Shown one piece after another: positions 1 through 10,734 of a DNA stretch of 64,000 nucleotides. A program made the translations under genes and the position numbers. This stretch comes from Caldicoprobacterales bacterium. GTDB taxonomy: Bacteria > Bacillota > Clostridia > Caldicoprobacterales > UBA3941. Location: the NCBI GenBank assembly GCA_050949255.1, contig JBMNFJ010000016.1, positions 140,665 to 204,664 on the forward strand, in the 5' to 3' direction. Positions within the stretch are counted from its first letter, which is position 1. Each line of letters starts with the position of its first letter. The notes under the pieces were generated by a model. It was not told the DNA's origin, made no database searches, and saw only the letters and a program-made list of their open reading frames with translations.

Positions 1-1355
1 AATTTGTTATACTCAGCGGATATAACGAATTTCATTTTGCCCAGACCGCTATGCGATATAATGTTAAGAACTATATTCTTAAGCCAATAGACGAAGATGA
101 ACTATCCCAGATACTAAGGAGAATATATAAGGAAATCACAAGTGAGATGAGGCTGGAGAAGGAACACGCCCTGGGAATAGACGCCATGGTATCCAGAACC
201 ATCAAAAAAATTATAAAAGGAGAAGGCGACCAGGAATTATACCAGCAAGCCATGGAATTACTTCAAATTCATAGAGATGAACCTATTCACTATATCACGA
301 TCGAACAGGATTATTATAAAAATACTCTCTATGAGCTGGAGCCCATGGAACTGGAAGACAGGGGATATCACATCCGCCAGCTATTAATTGATGTAATAGG
401 CGAAAGAAATGCTCGAAACCTATATGAAGAAGAAGATTTTCGGTATGGAATAATAACCAATGCTAGGATTTTGGAGCCGTATCATGGAAGCATACAGGAG
501 CTGGTACTAAAGATACGGGAGAAGATTAATCGCGAAGCACAGCTTAATGTCTCCATCTTTGTAGGAGAGCGGGTACGGGGACTGAAGGCCTTGAAGAAAT
601 CCTATAAATCCTCCTTAGTCGCTATGAACTATCGTTTTTATAAAGGTGAAAACAGCATCATCTTCTATAACGAAATTCAGAGAATTCCCTTTAACTACGA
701 TTTAAAAGAGGTCCTATACTTTTCTGTATTGGTTGAAGCCGTTGAGAACAACAAAACGAAAGAAATTTACACTCAAGTGGATACCATATTTAGAAAACTG
801 GTAGAGCTTTTCCTGGCTCCTGAAATCATTCAGGTCTATTTGAATAACTTTGCGCTGGAGATCATGAAGATTATTACTCAAATGGACGGAAACGTTGACG
901 AATTGATCAAGGAATTTTCCGTGCTAAACATGGATATAGACAAGATTACAATCAATGAGCTGAAGGAGGTTCTAACAAGGTTTTGTGTTAAAGGTGCTGC
1001 ATATATAAAGACCTTGCGAAGCAGGCAATCCATAGGCACCATTGCTAAAGTAGAGGATTATATCCGACAGAACTTTCGGGATGATATTACATTAAAGGGG
1101 ATCGCTGAAAAATTCTATATGAATCCGGTATATCTAGGCCAGCTTTTTAAGAAAACCTTTGGGATTTACTTTAACGATTATTTGCATAATCTTCGGGTGG
1201 AAGAGGCTAAGAAGCTACTTCGAAGAACAGAGATGAAGGTATACGAAATTGCTGAGGATGTTGGGTATAGGGACACGGATTACTTTGTCAGCCGTTTTGT
1301 TAAAGTGGTTAATATGACTCCTTCTCAATACAAAAAAAGCATTACCGGAAGTTAA
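1..1355 (+). CDS. Two-component response regulator, YesN/AraC type (5' end lies outside the window)
   Basis: The frame is open from nt 3. FVILSGYNEFHFAQTAMRYNVKNYILKPIDEDEL looks like the end of a CheY-like receiver domain. The C-terminus has an AraC-type double HTH (GIAEKFYMNPVYLGQLFKK ... EIAEDVGYRDTDYFVSRFVK). A sugar ABC operon lies directly downstream. Confidence 0.85.
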   Translation, partial: FVILSGYNEFHFAQTAMRYNVKNYILKPIDEDELSQILRRIYKEITSEMRLEKEHALGIDAMVSRTIKKIIKGEGDQELYQQAMELLQIHRDEPIHYITIEQDYYKNTLYELEPMELEDRGYHIRQLLIDVIGERNARNLYEEEDFRYGIITNARILEPYHGSIQELVLKIREKINREAQLNVSIFVGERVRGLKALKKSYKSSLVAMNYRFYKGENSIIFYNEIQRIPFNYDLKEVLYFSVLVEAVENNKTKEIYTQVDTIFRKLVELFLAPEIIQVYLNNFALEIMKIITQMDGNVDELIKEFSVLNMDIDKITINELKEVLTRFCVKGAAYIKTLRSRQSIGTIAKVEDYIRQNFRDDITLKGIAEKFYMNPVYLGQLFKKTFGIYFNDYLHNLRVEEAKKLLRRTEMKVYEIAEDVGYRDTDYFVSRFVKVVNMTPSQYKKSITGS

Positions 1356-1417
1356 TAATGAACCGGCACAAAACAGCATTTAATCTGATGATGAGTGAGG
1401 ACATACCTTTAATATGT

Positions 1418-1450
1418 ACGGGAAGAACTATAGTTTTTCCCGTTGTTTGG
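1418..1450 (+). terminator. Candidate intrinsic terminator after the response-regulator gene
   Basis: ACGGGAA (1418-1424) pairs with TTCCCGT (1437-1443), followed by TGTTTGG. The U-tract is weak. Confidence 0.45.
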
Positions 1451-1729
1451 TATTTGAGGGAATATTATAATTTAGATACAGCAAGGATCAATAATTAGGA
1501 TATATTTTAGCTTTTCACCGGTTAAATGTTATACTCCTTTATATTAATAGGTACTTAGAAGATTTCAGAGAATTTATTGTTCAATGAACAGTTTGTCATG
1601 CTTATTATCCAGGTTTATTAACCTCAACTGATATTTCTTTGATGATGGATTAAGTCTTACATGAGTATATTATATACTTGCTTCTAATATATTTTTATAT
1701 GGAGCTGTCGATTTCATCTTACTAACCTA

Positions 1730-1763
1730 ATTGTTTAAATGGCTTGGTACCATTATTGTTTAA
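1730..1763 (+). promoter_or_regulatory. Direct repeat ATTGTTTAA x2, candidate activator (YesN/AraC-type) site abutting a weak promoter
   Basis: Identical 9-mers sit at 1730-1738 and 1755-1763, 25 bp apart. A TATGAT -10-like hexamer lies at about 1788-1793. Confidence 0.3.
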
Positions 1764-1794
1764 GCATAATCAGTTAAATAAACGATGTATGATA

Positions 1795-1828
1795 TTTGTA
1801 CATTTAAGTAGCTTCTTAAAGGTACAAA
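1795..1828 (+). promoter_or_regulatory. Inverted repeat / 5'-UTR hairpin just upstream of the binding-protein RBS
   Basis: TTTGTACATTTAAG (1795-1808) and CTTAAAGGTACAAA (1815-1828) form 14-nt arms with one mismatch and a 6-nt loop. Confidence 0.4.
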
Positions 1829-1858
1829 TGGCATATATAAATTAAAGGAGGAGATTTA

Positions 1859-3580
1859 ATGAAGTCCAAACGGTTAATTGCGATGCTTCTTGCCTTTCTT
1901 CTGGTAGTCGTCCTATTTGCCGGCTGCGGTCAAACCAAGGACCAGCCCAGCACATCGGGACCTGCTCAATCCGGGGACGATCAGGAAGAAACGCCAACGC
2001 CGCAAGAAGAACCCAAGGAGGTCACTACCTACACAGCTTTCTTCAACTATGCTTTGACCTCTATGATCGATCCTTGGGAGACACCTATCGGTAAAAAGAT
2101 TACCGAATTGACCGGTGTAAAGCTAAAAACGGAATATTTGGTTGGAACTGACGCCAGACAAAAAGCCGGTGTCATGATTGCTTCCGGGGATTACCCCGAT
2201 ATTATCATCCCAGGTGAATCCACAGGTGATTATGTGGCAGCCGGTGCCTTCGTACCGTTGGATGATTATCTGGAAAAATACGGGGAGAATATCAAACAGG
2301 CATATCGCCCCTCTGAATTGCAGTTGCTGAAGATGCAATACGGTACCACCTATTATATCAGCGGTACCAGAGCAGGCGAGGATACCCTATATCCCTCAGC
2401 AGGTTTTTATCTGGTAGCCGATGCTGTAGAGAAGGCAGGGTGGCCTGTGATCAAGACTTTGGATGAGTACGCAGAAATACTTAAAAACTATGTTCGGGAG
2501 AATCCCGAATACAATGGCAAACCCACCATCGCCTTTACCCTACCAAGTGAAGGTTGGAGGATGTCAGGTCTACAATACGGTGCTGCTAGGTTCCTGGCCG
2601 GATACCCCAATGATGGACCTGCTTGCATAGATCAGGAAACTCTAGAGGCCAAGACCATTATGACCCAGGATTTCAACTTGCCGTTCCTGAAATTCGTTAA
2701 CGAGCTGTGGAATATGGGTGTTGCCGATAAGGAAATGTTCATGCAGACCAACGATCAATACTTGGCTAAGATTGGCTCTGGCCGTGTAGCCGGTGTATAT
2801 GATCAGAGGGGTATGTTCATCGATGGCTTGAACTCTTTGGAAAAGCAGGAACTTTATGATAGAATGCTTATTGCCTTCCCCGTAGTATATGAGGGAGTAG
2901 AAAGAGAATACTATCGCGGACCCCGGGCCTTCTCGACCCAGACTGGTATCGCTATAAGCAGCAAGGCCAAGGATCCTGAAGGAATCTTTAAGTTCCTGGA
3001 TCGCATGGCAGCAGAAGACATCAATAGGTTGCACAAGTGGGGTATTGAAGGGGAAGACTATACCATGGAAGATGGTAAGCCTGTCAAGACCGCAGAGCAA
3101 TGGGCTAACTACAATGATCCAGAATATCAAAGGAAACAGGGGATCAACCAGTTTAACGACTTCCCAAGAAGAGAGGACGTTGATTCAGAATATGGTAGAT
3201 TCTCCGATGGAAACCTGGTATCACCTACCCTGTTTGATGAATACTTTGATGTCAGGTATAGGGATTATGAAAAGGAAATCCTGAAGAACTTTGGTATCAA
3301 GACATTTAACGATTTCTATGCGCCTTCCTATCCGGCAAAATATGAACCCGGTTGGGCTATTAGGACCAAGATGCCTGCTGACTTCTCCGGTAAGATTGCA
3401 GTTGAGCAAGCTCTGGAGCTAGCTACCGAATACTTGCCTAAGATTATCATGGCTAAGACGGAAGATTTTGATAAGCTATGGAATGAATATCAGGATAAGT
3501 TATCTAAGTTGGATCTTAAATCCTTTGAAGAGGAAATGACCAGTAAGCTTAGAGAAGGTGCCCAGTATTATCAAGATTAG
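1859..3580 (+). CDS. Extracellular solute-binding lipoprotein of a carbohydrate ABC transporter (LplA/YesO-like)
   Basis: RBS AAAGGAGGAG. Signal peptide with lipobox LFAG-C. The size (573 aa) and position upstream of two MalF/G-type permeases fit the family. Confidence 0.85.
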   Translation: MKSKRLIAMLLAFLLVVVLFAGCGQTKDQPSTSGPAQSGDDQEETPTPQEEPKEVTTYTAFFNYALTSMIDPWETPIGKKITELTGVKLKTEYLVGTDARQKAGVMIASGDYPDIIIPGESTGDYVAAGAFVPLDDYLEKYGENIKQAYRPSELQLLKMQYGTTYYISGTRAGEDTLYPSAGFYLVADAVEKAGWPVIKTLDEYAEILKNYVRENPEYNGKPTIAFTLPSEGWRMSGLQYGAARFLAGYPNDGPACIDQETLEAKTIMTQDFNLPFLKFVNELWNMGVADKEMFMQTNDQYLAKIGSGRVAGVYDQRGMFIDGLNSLEKQELYDRMLIAFPVVYEGVEREYYRGPRAFSTQTGIAISSKAKDPEGIFKFLDRMAAEDINRLHKWGIEGEDYTMEDGKPVKTAEQWANYNDPEYQRKQGINQFNDFPRREDVDSEYGRFSDGNLVSPTLFDEYFDVRYRDYEKEILKNFGIKTFNDFYAPSYPAKYEPGWAIRTKMPADFSGKIAVEQALELATEYLPKIIMAKTEDFDKLWNEYQDKLSKLDLKSFEEEMTSKLREGAQYYQD

Positions 3581-3729
3581 TATACATCTATGTAACGAAA
3601 TAGGCTTGTCATAATATAGTGATGCCTCTTTCGTAGCAGACCGGTAGCATATATGTTTCATACGATAAAGGACTCTATTGATTGATGAGTCTCGGTTTGG
3701 GACATATAGGCAGACAGAATAAGACTTGG

Positions 3730-3763
3730 TAGGAAAGTACATCACTAATGGTGTACTTTCCTA
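3730..3763 (+). other. Perfect 12-bp intercistronic stem-loop between the binding-protein and permease genes
   Basis: TAGGAAAGTACA (3730-3741) pairs with TGTACTTTCCTA (3752-3763). No U-tract follows. Confidence 0.6.
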
Positions 3764-3784
3764 TCAATAATACGGAGGTATTTT

Positions 3785-4720
3785 ATGAACCAGGTAGCAA
3801 AATCTCAGAAAAAGGGCTTCTGGAACCAATTAGTACAGCAACGGCAACTTCTTGTATTATCTGTACCTTTTATCATACTTGTATTTATATTCCACTATGT
3901 ACCGATCTGGGGATGGTTATTGGCCTTTAAGAATTACAATCCGGGATTAGGTTTTGCCGGCTCCCCTTGGGTGGGTCTGGACAATTTTAAAGAGGTATTT
4001 AACGATAGTAATTTTTATAGGGCATTGAAGAATACTTTGTCTATAAGCAGCCTTAAGCTGGTGTTTAATTTTTCATCGGCCATTATCTTAGCTGTACTTT
4101 TAAACGAGGTCAAGAACATTGCATTTAAAAGAACAGTACAGACCATTTCCTACCTACCCTACTTTGTATCCTGGGTAGTAGCAGCCAATATCGTTTTTAT
4201 GTCCCTGTCTCCGGAGGATGGAATTGTAAATCAGGTCCTGATGGCCTTGGGCATCCTGAAAGATCCTATTCCTTTCATGGGAATGAAGGAGTATTTTTAT
4301 TGGGTTGTAGCCCTGTCCTCAGTCTGGAAAACAGTAGGATACAGCGCAATCATCTATTTGGCAGCTATGACGGGAATAGATCCTGAACTCTACGAGTCTG
4401 CTGATATTGATGGTGCTGGAAGGCTTAGAAAGATATTTGCCATCACTATTCCCTCTATTATGCCCACCATCAAGATACTATTGGTTCTTAATATAGGTTG
4501 GATTATGAATGCGGGCTTTGAACAGGTTTATCTATTAGGGAATGCATCGGTTCAGGAAGTGTCCAATACTCTAGAAGTGTATGTATATAACTATGCACTG
4601 AAATACTTCCGCTATTCCTTTGGTACAGCAATCGGAATCTTCAATTCCATCGCAGCATTCTTACTTATAACTGTGTCTAACTTTGTTTCCAAGAAAATAG
4701 ATGGAGAGGGCGTATTATGA
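3785..4720 (+). CDS. Sugar ABC transporter permease (LplB-like)
   Basis: RBS GGAGG at 3774-3778. Multi-TM protein with an EAA-like loop (ESADIDGAGRLRKIFAITIP). Confidence 0.85.
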   Translation: MNQVAKSQKKGFWNQLVQQRQLLVLSVPFIILVFIFHYVPIWGWLLAFKNYNPGLGFAGSPWVGLDNFKEVFNDSNFYRALKNTLSISSLKLVFNFSSAIILAVLLNEVKNIAFKRTVQTISYLPYFVSWVVAANIVFMSLSPEDGIVNQVLMALGILKDPIPFMGMKEYFYWVVALSSVWKTVGYSAIIYLAAMTGIDPELYESADIDGAGRLRKIFAITIPSIMPTIKILLVLNIGWIMNAGFEQVYLLGNASVQEVSNTLEVYVYNYALKYFRYSFGTAIGIFNSIAAFLLITVSNFVSKKIDGEGVL

Positions 4721-4743
4721 TTAATGTAAAAGGGGGCGGTAGT

Positions 4744-5664
4744 ATGAAGGTAAGAAGGAGTGCCTTAAGCAGAATAACTGCGGAAGATGTGATATTTGAT
4801 ACAATAAACTATTTTCTTTTGATTTTCCTATGCGTTGCGACCCTATATCCTTTTTTAAATACTTTGGCCATATCCTTAAACGATGCGACTGACGCAATTC
4901 GAGGGAATATATACCTCTGGCCTAGAGAGTTTTCCTGGCGCAACTATGAGATGATTTTAAAGGAGAACACCAATATCGGTAGGGCCCTATTCATTTCGGC
5001 GGCCAGAGCAGTTGTAGGAGCCGGAACCAGTGTATTTGCCTGTCTGATGATAGCCTATACCTTGAGCCGAAGGGAGTTTGTACTTCGAAAGTTTTTTATT
5101 AAATTTCTTGTTCTTACCATGTACTTTAGCGGCGGTATGATCCCTGTCTACCTTTTGATGAGGTCCTTAGGTCTAATAAACAACTTTCTAGTATATATAC
5201 TGCCGGGAATGGTAGGTGCCTATAACGTCATGGTCATGAGAAGTTATATAGAGGGTATTCCTGAAAGTCTCGTGGAGGCCGCTAAAATTGATGGAGCCAG
5301 CGAGTATCGAATATTATTTACTATTATCATGCCTTTAAGCTTGCCGGTTATTGCCACCATTATATTATTCGTAGCCGTGGGTCAGTGGAACTCTTGGATT
5401 GATACCATGCTCTACTGTTCCAGCAGACAGGAACTCAGCACTCTACAGTTTGAGCTACAAAAGCTTCTATCCTCCACCCGGACTATGACATCGGCAACAG
5501 CAGACTCGGCAGAAGCCTTGGGGCTATTGGAAAAAGGAATAGTTACACCTAATTCACTTCGGGCGGCTATGACTATTATAGCAACAGTGCCTATACTATT
5601 CTCTTACCCCTTCCTACAGAAATATTTTGTTCAGGGTTTAACCTTGGGCGGAGTAAAAGGATAA
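4744..5664 (+). CDS. Sugar ABC transporter permease (LplC-like)
   Basis: EAA loop EAAKIDGASEYRILFTIIMP. I prefer ATG 4744, which has AAAGGGGG 8 nt upstream, over the track start 4717 (an ATGA overlap with the upstream stop). Confidence 0.85.
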   Translation: MKVRRSALSRITAEDVIFDTINYFLLIFLCVATLYPFLNTLAISLNDATDAIRGNIYLWPREFSWRNYEMILKENTNIGRALFISAARAVVGAGTSVFACLMIAYTLSRREFVLRKFFIKFLVLTMYFSGGMIPVYLLMRSLGLINNFLVYILPGMVGAYNVMVMRSYIEGIPESLVEAAKIDGASEYRILFTIIMPLSLPVIATIILFVAVGQWNSWIDTMLYCSSRQELSTLQFELQKLLSSTRTMTSATADSAEALGLLEKGIVTPNSLRAAMTIIATVPILFSYPFLQKYFVQGLTLGGVKG

Positions 5665-5699
5665 ACGGGATCACCTGTTATGAAGGAATTAATGCGAAT

Positions 5700-5773
5700 C
5701 CCGAACCTGTCCAGAAAACCACCTTCCCAAGTAATAATGGGATTGCTGGCACACAGGTTTCGGGAGTTTTTTA
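5700..5773 (+). terminator. Intrinsic terminator of the ABC operon (long hairpin)
   Basis: CCCGAACCTGT (5700-5710) pairs with ACAGGTTTCGGG (5753-5764), followed by AGTTTTTTATTT. Confidence 0.6.
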
Positions 5774-5965
5774 TTTCTAGCTGTAATTTCAAAAATCCAT
5801 TTTTCTCAAATAATAATGCAACTTCCCTATAAACTCCAATCCTTGAATGTTTAAGGCTTTAGTGTTAGAATTAGATATCAAAATATGAGACTGGCTAATT
5901 CCTCCAGCGGCTGCTGTACTGGGGCATATCCGGCTGGGGAATATTTAAAAAATGGAGTGTATAAT

Positions 5966-8665
5966 ATGGGGCTATTTAAAAAGATATTCGGTGATAGTAA
6001 CTCTAGGGAAATAAAGCGGCTAGAAAAAATAGTGGATGAAATAGAAGCATTAGAGCCTGCCATGAAGGCTTTGTCTGATGTACAGCTTCGGGCTAAGACC
6101 GATGAATTCAAGGCGCGACTAAAACAAGGCGAGACCCTTGACGATATCCTTGTTGAGGCCTTTGCGGTGGTGAGGGAGGCCTCAGTTAGAACCCTGGGGA
6201 TGAGACACTTTAGGGTTCAGCTTATTGGCGGTATAGTGCTTCATCAGGGGCGAATAGCCGAGATGAAGACCGGTGAGGGTAAGACCTTGGTGGCTACCCT
6301 GCCCGCTTATTTAAATGCCCTTACTGGTAAAGGGGTGCATATTGTTACTGTAAACGATTATCTGGCCCAGAGGGACAGCGAATGGATGGGGAAGATCTAT
6401 AAGTTTCTGGGGCTATCGGTGGGGCTGATAATTCACGATATGAAGTCCAGCAGGCGCAGGGAAAGCTACAATGCGGACATAACTTACGGAACCAACAACG
6501 AGTTTGGATTTGATTATCTTCGGGACAATATGGTGATATACAAGGAAGAGATGGTTCAGAGGGAGCTGAACTTTGCCATAGTGGACGAGGTTGACTCCAT
6601 CTTAGTGGACGAGGCACGGACCCCGCTAATCATTTCCGGTGCCGGAGAAAAGTCCACGGATATGTATCACAAGGCTGACCGTTTTGTGATTAGACTAAAG
6701 AACGAAATAGACTTTGAAATAGATGAAAAGGCCAAAACTATCAATCTAACTGAAGAAGGGGTAGCCAAAGCCGAAGCATATTTTAAGGTGGAGGATTGGT
6801 CAAACCTAGATCCAACCGGAGAAAATCCGGAACTGGCATACTTGCCCCATCATGTAAATCAAGCCTTAAAAGCCCGCTATCTTATGAAAAGGGATACAGA
6901 CTATGTAGTTAAGGACGATCAGGTCATTATAGTCGATGAATTTACCGGCAGGCTTATGACAGGACGAAGGTATAGCGACGGACTACATCAGGCTATAGAG
7001 GCTAAAGAAGGGGTTAATGTCAGGCGTGAGAGTAAGACCCTGGCTACCATAACGTTCCAGAATTATTTCAGGATGTATAAAAAGTTATCCGGGATGACGG
7101 GAACAGCCAAAACCGAAGAGGATGAGTTTAAAACCATATACGGGTTAGACGTTGTAGTTATACCTACCAATGAGGAGATGATCCGCCAGGACTACAACGA
7201 TGTAATCTATTTGAACCAAAAGGCGAAATTTAATGCAGTAGTAGAGGAGATAGTTCAGCGTCACTCCCTGGGGCAGCCGGTATTGGTAGGTACGGTGACA
7301 ATAGAGAATTCTGAGATTCTAAGTGCCATGCTAAAGCGCCGGGGTATCCCACATGAGGTTTTAAATGCCAAGTACCATGAGAAGGAAGCAGAGATAGTTG
7401 CACAGGCAGGAAGGTACAAGGCAGTTACCATTGCCACCAATATGGCTGGTAGAGGTACGGATATACTTCTGGGTGGTAATCCTGAATTCATGGCAAAGAA
7501 GGAAATGAAAAAACAAGGATACTCCGACGAACTGATAAATCAGGCGACCGGAACACAAAAAACCGATGACCCGGATGTGTCGGCTGCTCGCAAGGTATAT
7601 AGGGAGCTGTTTAGTAAGTTTGCAGAGGAGACCGAGCTGGAACGTCAAAAGGTTATAGAACTGGGAGGACTACACATCATAGGTACCGAGCGCCATGAGA
7701 GCAGGCGTATAGATAATCAGTTGAGGGGTCGAGCCGGACGACAAGGGGATCCAGGATCCTCCAGGTTCTATATCTCCTTAGAGGATGATCTTATGAGACT
7801 CTTTGGTTCCGACAGAATCCAGGGAATTGTAAACAGACTTGGATTGGAAGATGATCAGGCCATAGAATATGGACTTTTATCCAAGCAAATTGAAGCAGCT
7901 CAAAAGAGGGTTGAAGGCAACAACTTTAACATACGAAAACATGTTCTCCAATACGATGATGTCATGAATACCCAAAGGGAGGTAATATACTCCCAGCGCC
8001 GAAAAGTGCTGGAGGGGGAGGATCTTAAGGAGTCCATAATGGATATGGTGGCATCGGTAGTAGATGGCGCTATTGAGATGTATATAGGTGAGCTTTCAAA
8101 CCCGGAGGATTGGGATATTAAAGGCCTTATTGGACACCTGGAAAGAATCTTTCTGCCAAGAAATGCTGTATATATACCGGAGGACGAGATATACGATCTT
8201 GATAAAGAAGTATTAAGGAATAAGATATTAGAAGCCGCTCATAAGGCCTATGCCCTAAAGGAAGAGGAGAATGGCGAGGAGAATATGAGAGAGGCAGAGA
8301 GGGTTATCCTCTTAAGGGTTGTAGATCAGAAGTGGATGGACCATATCGATGCCATGGATCAACTACGCCAGGGAATTGGGCTTAGGGCTTATGGCCAAAG
8401 GGATCCGGTTATTGAATACCAGATGGAAGGCTTTGAGATGTTTGAGGAAATGATCCGAAGCATCCAGGAAGAGACGGTACGCATTCTCTATAATATTAGG
8501 ATAGAGGCCAGGGCACCCCAGCGGGAAAGGGTGGCAAAACCGACCAGGGCAAGCCATGGCGACAGCGGGCCCAAAAAACCCGTAGTAAAGGGTAATAAGG
8601 TGGGAAGAAATGATCCCTGTCCTTGTGGCAGTGGGCTAAAATATAAAAGATGTTGTGGTGCTTGA
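5966..8665 (+). CDS. secA: Preprotein translocase ATPase SecA
   Basis: [23 protein letters not shown] is a canonical SecA N-terminus with RBS GGAGTG at 5954-5959. Walker [10 protein letters not shown] is present. The C-terminal zinc motif is [14 protein letters not shown]. The track start 5885 adds a 27-aa extension that is not SecA-like. Confidence 0.97.
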   Translation: MGLFKKIFGDSNSREIKRLEKIVDEIEALEPAMKALSDVQLRAKTDEFKARLKQGETLDDILVEAFAVVREASVRTLGMRHFRVQLIGGIVLHQGRIAEMKTGEGKTLVATLPAYLNALTGKGVHIVTVNDYLAQRDSEWMGKIYKFLGLSVGLIIHDMKSSRRRESYNADITYGTNNEFGFDYLRDNMVIYKEEMVQRELNFAIVDEVDSILVDEARTPLIISGAGEKSTDMYHKADRFVIRLKNEIDFEIDEKAKTINLTEEGVAKAEAYFKVEDWSNLDPTGENPELAYLPHHVNQALKARYLMKRDTDYVVKDDQVIIVDEFTGRLMTGRRYSDGLHQAIEAKEGVNVRRESKTLATITFQNYFRMYKKLSGMTGTAKTEEDEFKTIYGLDVVVIPTNEEMIRQDYNDVIYLNQKAKFNAVVEEIVQRHSLGQPVLVGTVTIENSEILSAMLKRRGIPHEVLNAKYHEKEAEIVAQAGRYKAVTIATNMAGRGTDILLGGNPEFMAKKEMKKQGYSDELINQATGTQKTDDPDVSAARKVYRELFSKFAEETELERQKVIELGGLHIIGTERHESRRIDNQLRGRAGRQGDPGSSRFYISLEDDLMRLFGSDRIQGIVNRLGLEDDQAIEYGLLSKQIEAAQKRVEGNNFNIRKHVLQYDDVMNTQREVIYSQRRKVLEGEDLKESIMDMVASVVDGAIEMYIGELSNPEDWDIKGLIGHLERIFLPRNAVYIPEDEIYDLDKEVLRNKILEAAHKAYALKEEENGEENMREAERVILLRVVDQKWMDHIDAMDQLRQGIGLRAYGQRDPVIEYQMEGFEMFEEMIRSIQEETVRILYNIRIEARAPQRERVAKPTRASHGDSGPKKPVVKGNKVGRNDPCPCGSGLKYKRCCGA

Positions 8666-8722
8666 GGGTATGGATAACTTCAGGTATCCAATACTAGTTT
8701 AGAAGCGAAAGGCGTGATGTAT

Positions 8723-9824
8723 ATGTTTGCACTTGAAAATCTCCAGGAAACCCTGGAAAAAATAAACACAGTTTTCACTCAGGTTGGTGATTCACTTTGA
8801 CATCCCAGGATGTCGGGAAAAAATTAAAGAATACGAGGCACAGATGAACGACCCCTCATTTTGGGAGGACCTGGAAAACTCCCAAAAAGTGAACAGGGAA
8901 ATTAAGTACCTCAAAAACAAAATCGACAGGTACGAGACCTTAAAGTCCAGAATTGAGGATGTTGACATCCTAATTCAACTGGGTATTGAGGAGGGTGATC
9001 CATCCGTTATGGAGGAAGCCCAGACTGAGATAGGCAAGCTTGAAAAGAGTGTGGAGACCTTAAGGCTAGAGACCCTGCTAAGCGGTCCCTATGATCGAAA
9101 CAACGCCATTATATCCATACACGCAGGGGCGGGCGGTACTGAGGCTATGGATTGGGCATCTATGCTACTCCGCATGTACACCAGGTGGTGCGAGAGCAAG
9201 GGCTACCAGGTGGAGACATTGGATTTACTGCCCGGTGAGGAGGCCGGAATAAAAAGTGTAACTCTGGGGATAACCGGGGAGAATGCCTATGGCTATCTAA
9301 AGGCTGAAAAAGGGGTCCACAGACTGGTGCGGATTTCCCCTTTCGATTCTTCGGGACGTAGACATACCTCCTTTGCATCCTTGGATGTTATGCCGGAACT
9401 GGATAATGATGTGGAGTTGGATATTAGACCTGAAGATTTAAAGATCGACACCTATAGATCCGGTGGTGCCGGGGGACAACATGTTAACAAAACGGAGTCA
9501 GCCGTTAGAATTACTCATTTGCCCACGGGTATTGTAGCTCAATGCCAGAATGAGCGCTCCCAAATACAGAATAGAGAAACGGCGATGAAGGTTCTAAAAG
9601 CCAGGCTTTTAGAGCTAAAGGAGGCCGAAACCCAGGCAAAGATAGAGCAAATGAAGGGCGAGATGAAGAGAATAGAATGGGGAAGCCAAATAAGATCCTA
9701 TGTCTTTCATCCATACAGTATGGTTAAGGATCATCGGACCAACCAGGAGACTGGTAATATTCAGGCTGTCATGGATGGGGAATTGGATATATTCATAAAT
9801 TCTTACCTCCAGATGATGGCATAG
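8723..9824 (+). CDS. prfB: Peptide chain release factor 2, requires a programmed +1 frameshift at 8795-8800
   Basis: Frame 0 reads ATG 8723 ... GAT TCA CTT TGA ([25 protein letters not shown]). The +1 frame continues as [12 protein letters not shown]... with the SPF and GGQ ([17 protein letters not shown]) motifs. Confidence 0.95.
8786..8800 (+). promoter_or_regulatory. prfB +1 frameshift cassette (internal SD-like GGTGAT, 3-nt spacer, CTT TGA C)
   Basis: GGTGAT at 8786-8791, TCA spacer, CTT at 8795-8797, TGA at 8798-8800, then C. This is the classical autoregulatory RF2 site. Confidence 0.9.
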
Positions 9825-9919
9825 AATGACGACAAAAGGAACTATCCATGTAACCTATTATGGACCAATAGAGTAGATGTTGACTTGGGTTTGGTGGACG
9901 TGGATTTAGGGGGATATAA

Positions 9920-10600
9920 TTGAAGAAGACATATAAATATGAGACTCATTTGCATACCAGGGAAGGAAGTGCCTGCGCTTCTGCTACGGGCAGGGAGATG
10001 GTCAGGGCACATATAGAAGCGGGATATTCAGGTATGATTGTGACGGATCACTTTTTTAACGGGAATACTGCCGTTCCAAGGAATATCCCCTGGAAGGATA
10101 GGGTGGAACTTTTTTGTCTAGGCTATGAAAATGCAGCAGATGAAGCCAAAAATACTGATTTTAGTGTTTTTTTCGGCTGGGAATATGCCTATCGTGGAAC
10201 AGAATTTTTAACCTATGGACTGGATAAAAAGTTCCTATTAGACCATCCGGATATCCTTGACTGGAGTATAGAGAAGTATTTTGATAAAGTGCATGAGCAT
10301 GGAGGTTTTTTGTCTCATGCTCATCCTTTCAGGGAGGCCTTTTATATTGATACAGTTAGGTTATACCCGGATTATGTGGATGCGGTTGAGGTGATAAATT
10401 CCAGTCACCTGGATCCTAAATTCGATGAAAGGGCCTTAGCCTATGCCAAGAAACACAATTTGCCGATGACCGCCGGTTCCGATTCCCATCACCTAGATAG
10501 CTTACCTGGAGGCGGTATGGAGTTTTATGAAAGGCTTAATTCCATTGAGGATTTTGTTCGAGCTGTAAAGGATCAGGCCTATATTCTAATCGAGACATAA
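9920..10600 (+). CDS. PHP-domain metal-dependent phosphoesterase
   Basis: TTG start with RBS AGGGGGA. N-terminal ETHLHTREGSACA and C-terminal GSDSHH His-rich motifs are typical of PHP domains. Confidence 0.7.
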   Translation: MKKTYKYETHLHTREGSACASATGREMVRAHIEAGYSGMIVTDHFFNGNTAVPRNIPWKDRVELFCLGYENAADEAKNTDFSVFFGWEYAYRGTEFLTYGLDKKFLLDHPDILDWSIEKYFDKVHEHGGFLSHAHPFREAFYIDTVRLYPDYVDAVEVINSSHLDPKFDERALAYAKKHNLPMTAGSDSHHLDSLPGGGMEFYERLNSIEDFVRAVKDQAYILIET

Positions 10601-10734
10601 TATCTAATAAGGAATTTACAGATCCAATCGTTTTATCTATTTAGCATGAAAAGATAAACCCGTTGGCAAAATATGTCCTATATGGTACAATTATCTTAAC
10701 CTCAAGGGGTTTGGAAAAAGAGGGGGGTATTCTC

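Noticed and set aside
5885-5965. An N-terminal 27-aa extension of SecA as drawn in the ORF track. There are similar extensions for cheW (10663), the GH78 gene (13232), the PPIase gene (51065), the MerR gene (45883) and the Mrr-type gene (35677).
   Set aside because: The internal start codons are preceded by good SD sequences and give canonical family N-termini. The extensions are not homologous-looking, and in the MerR case the extension overlaps the gene's own promoter.
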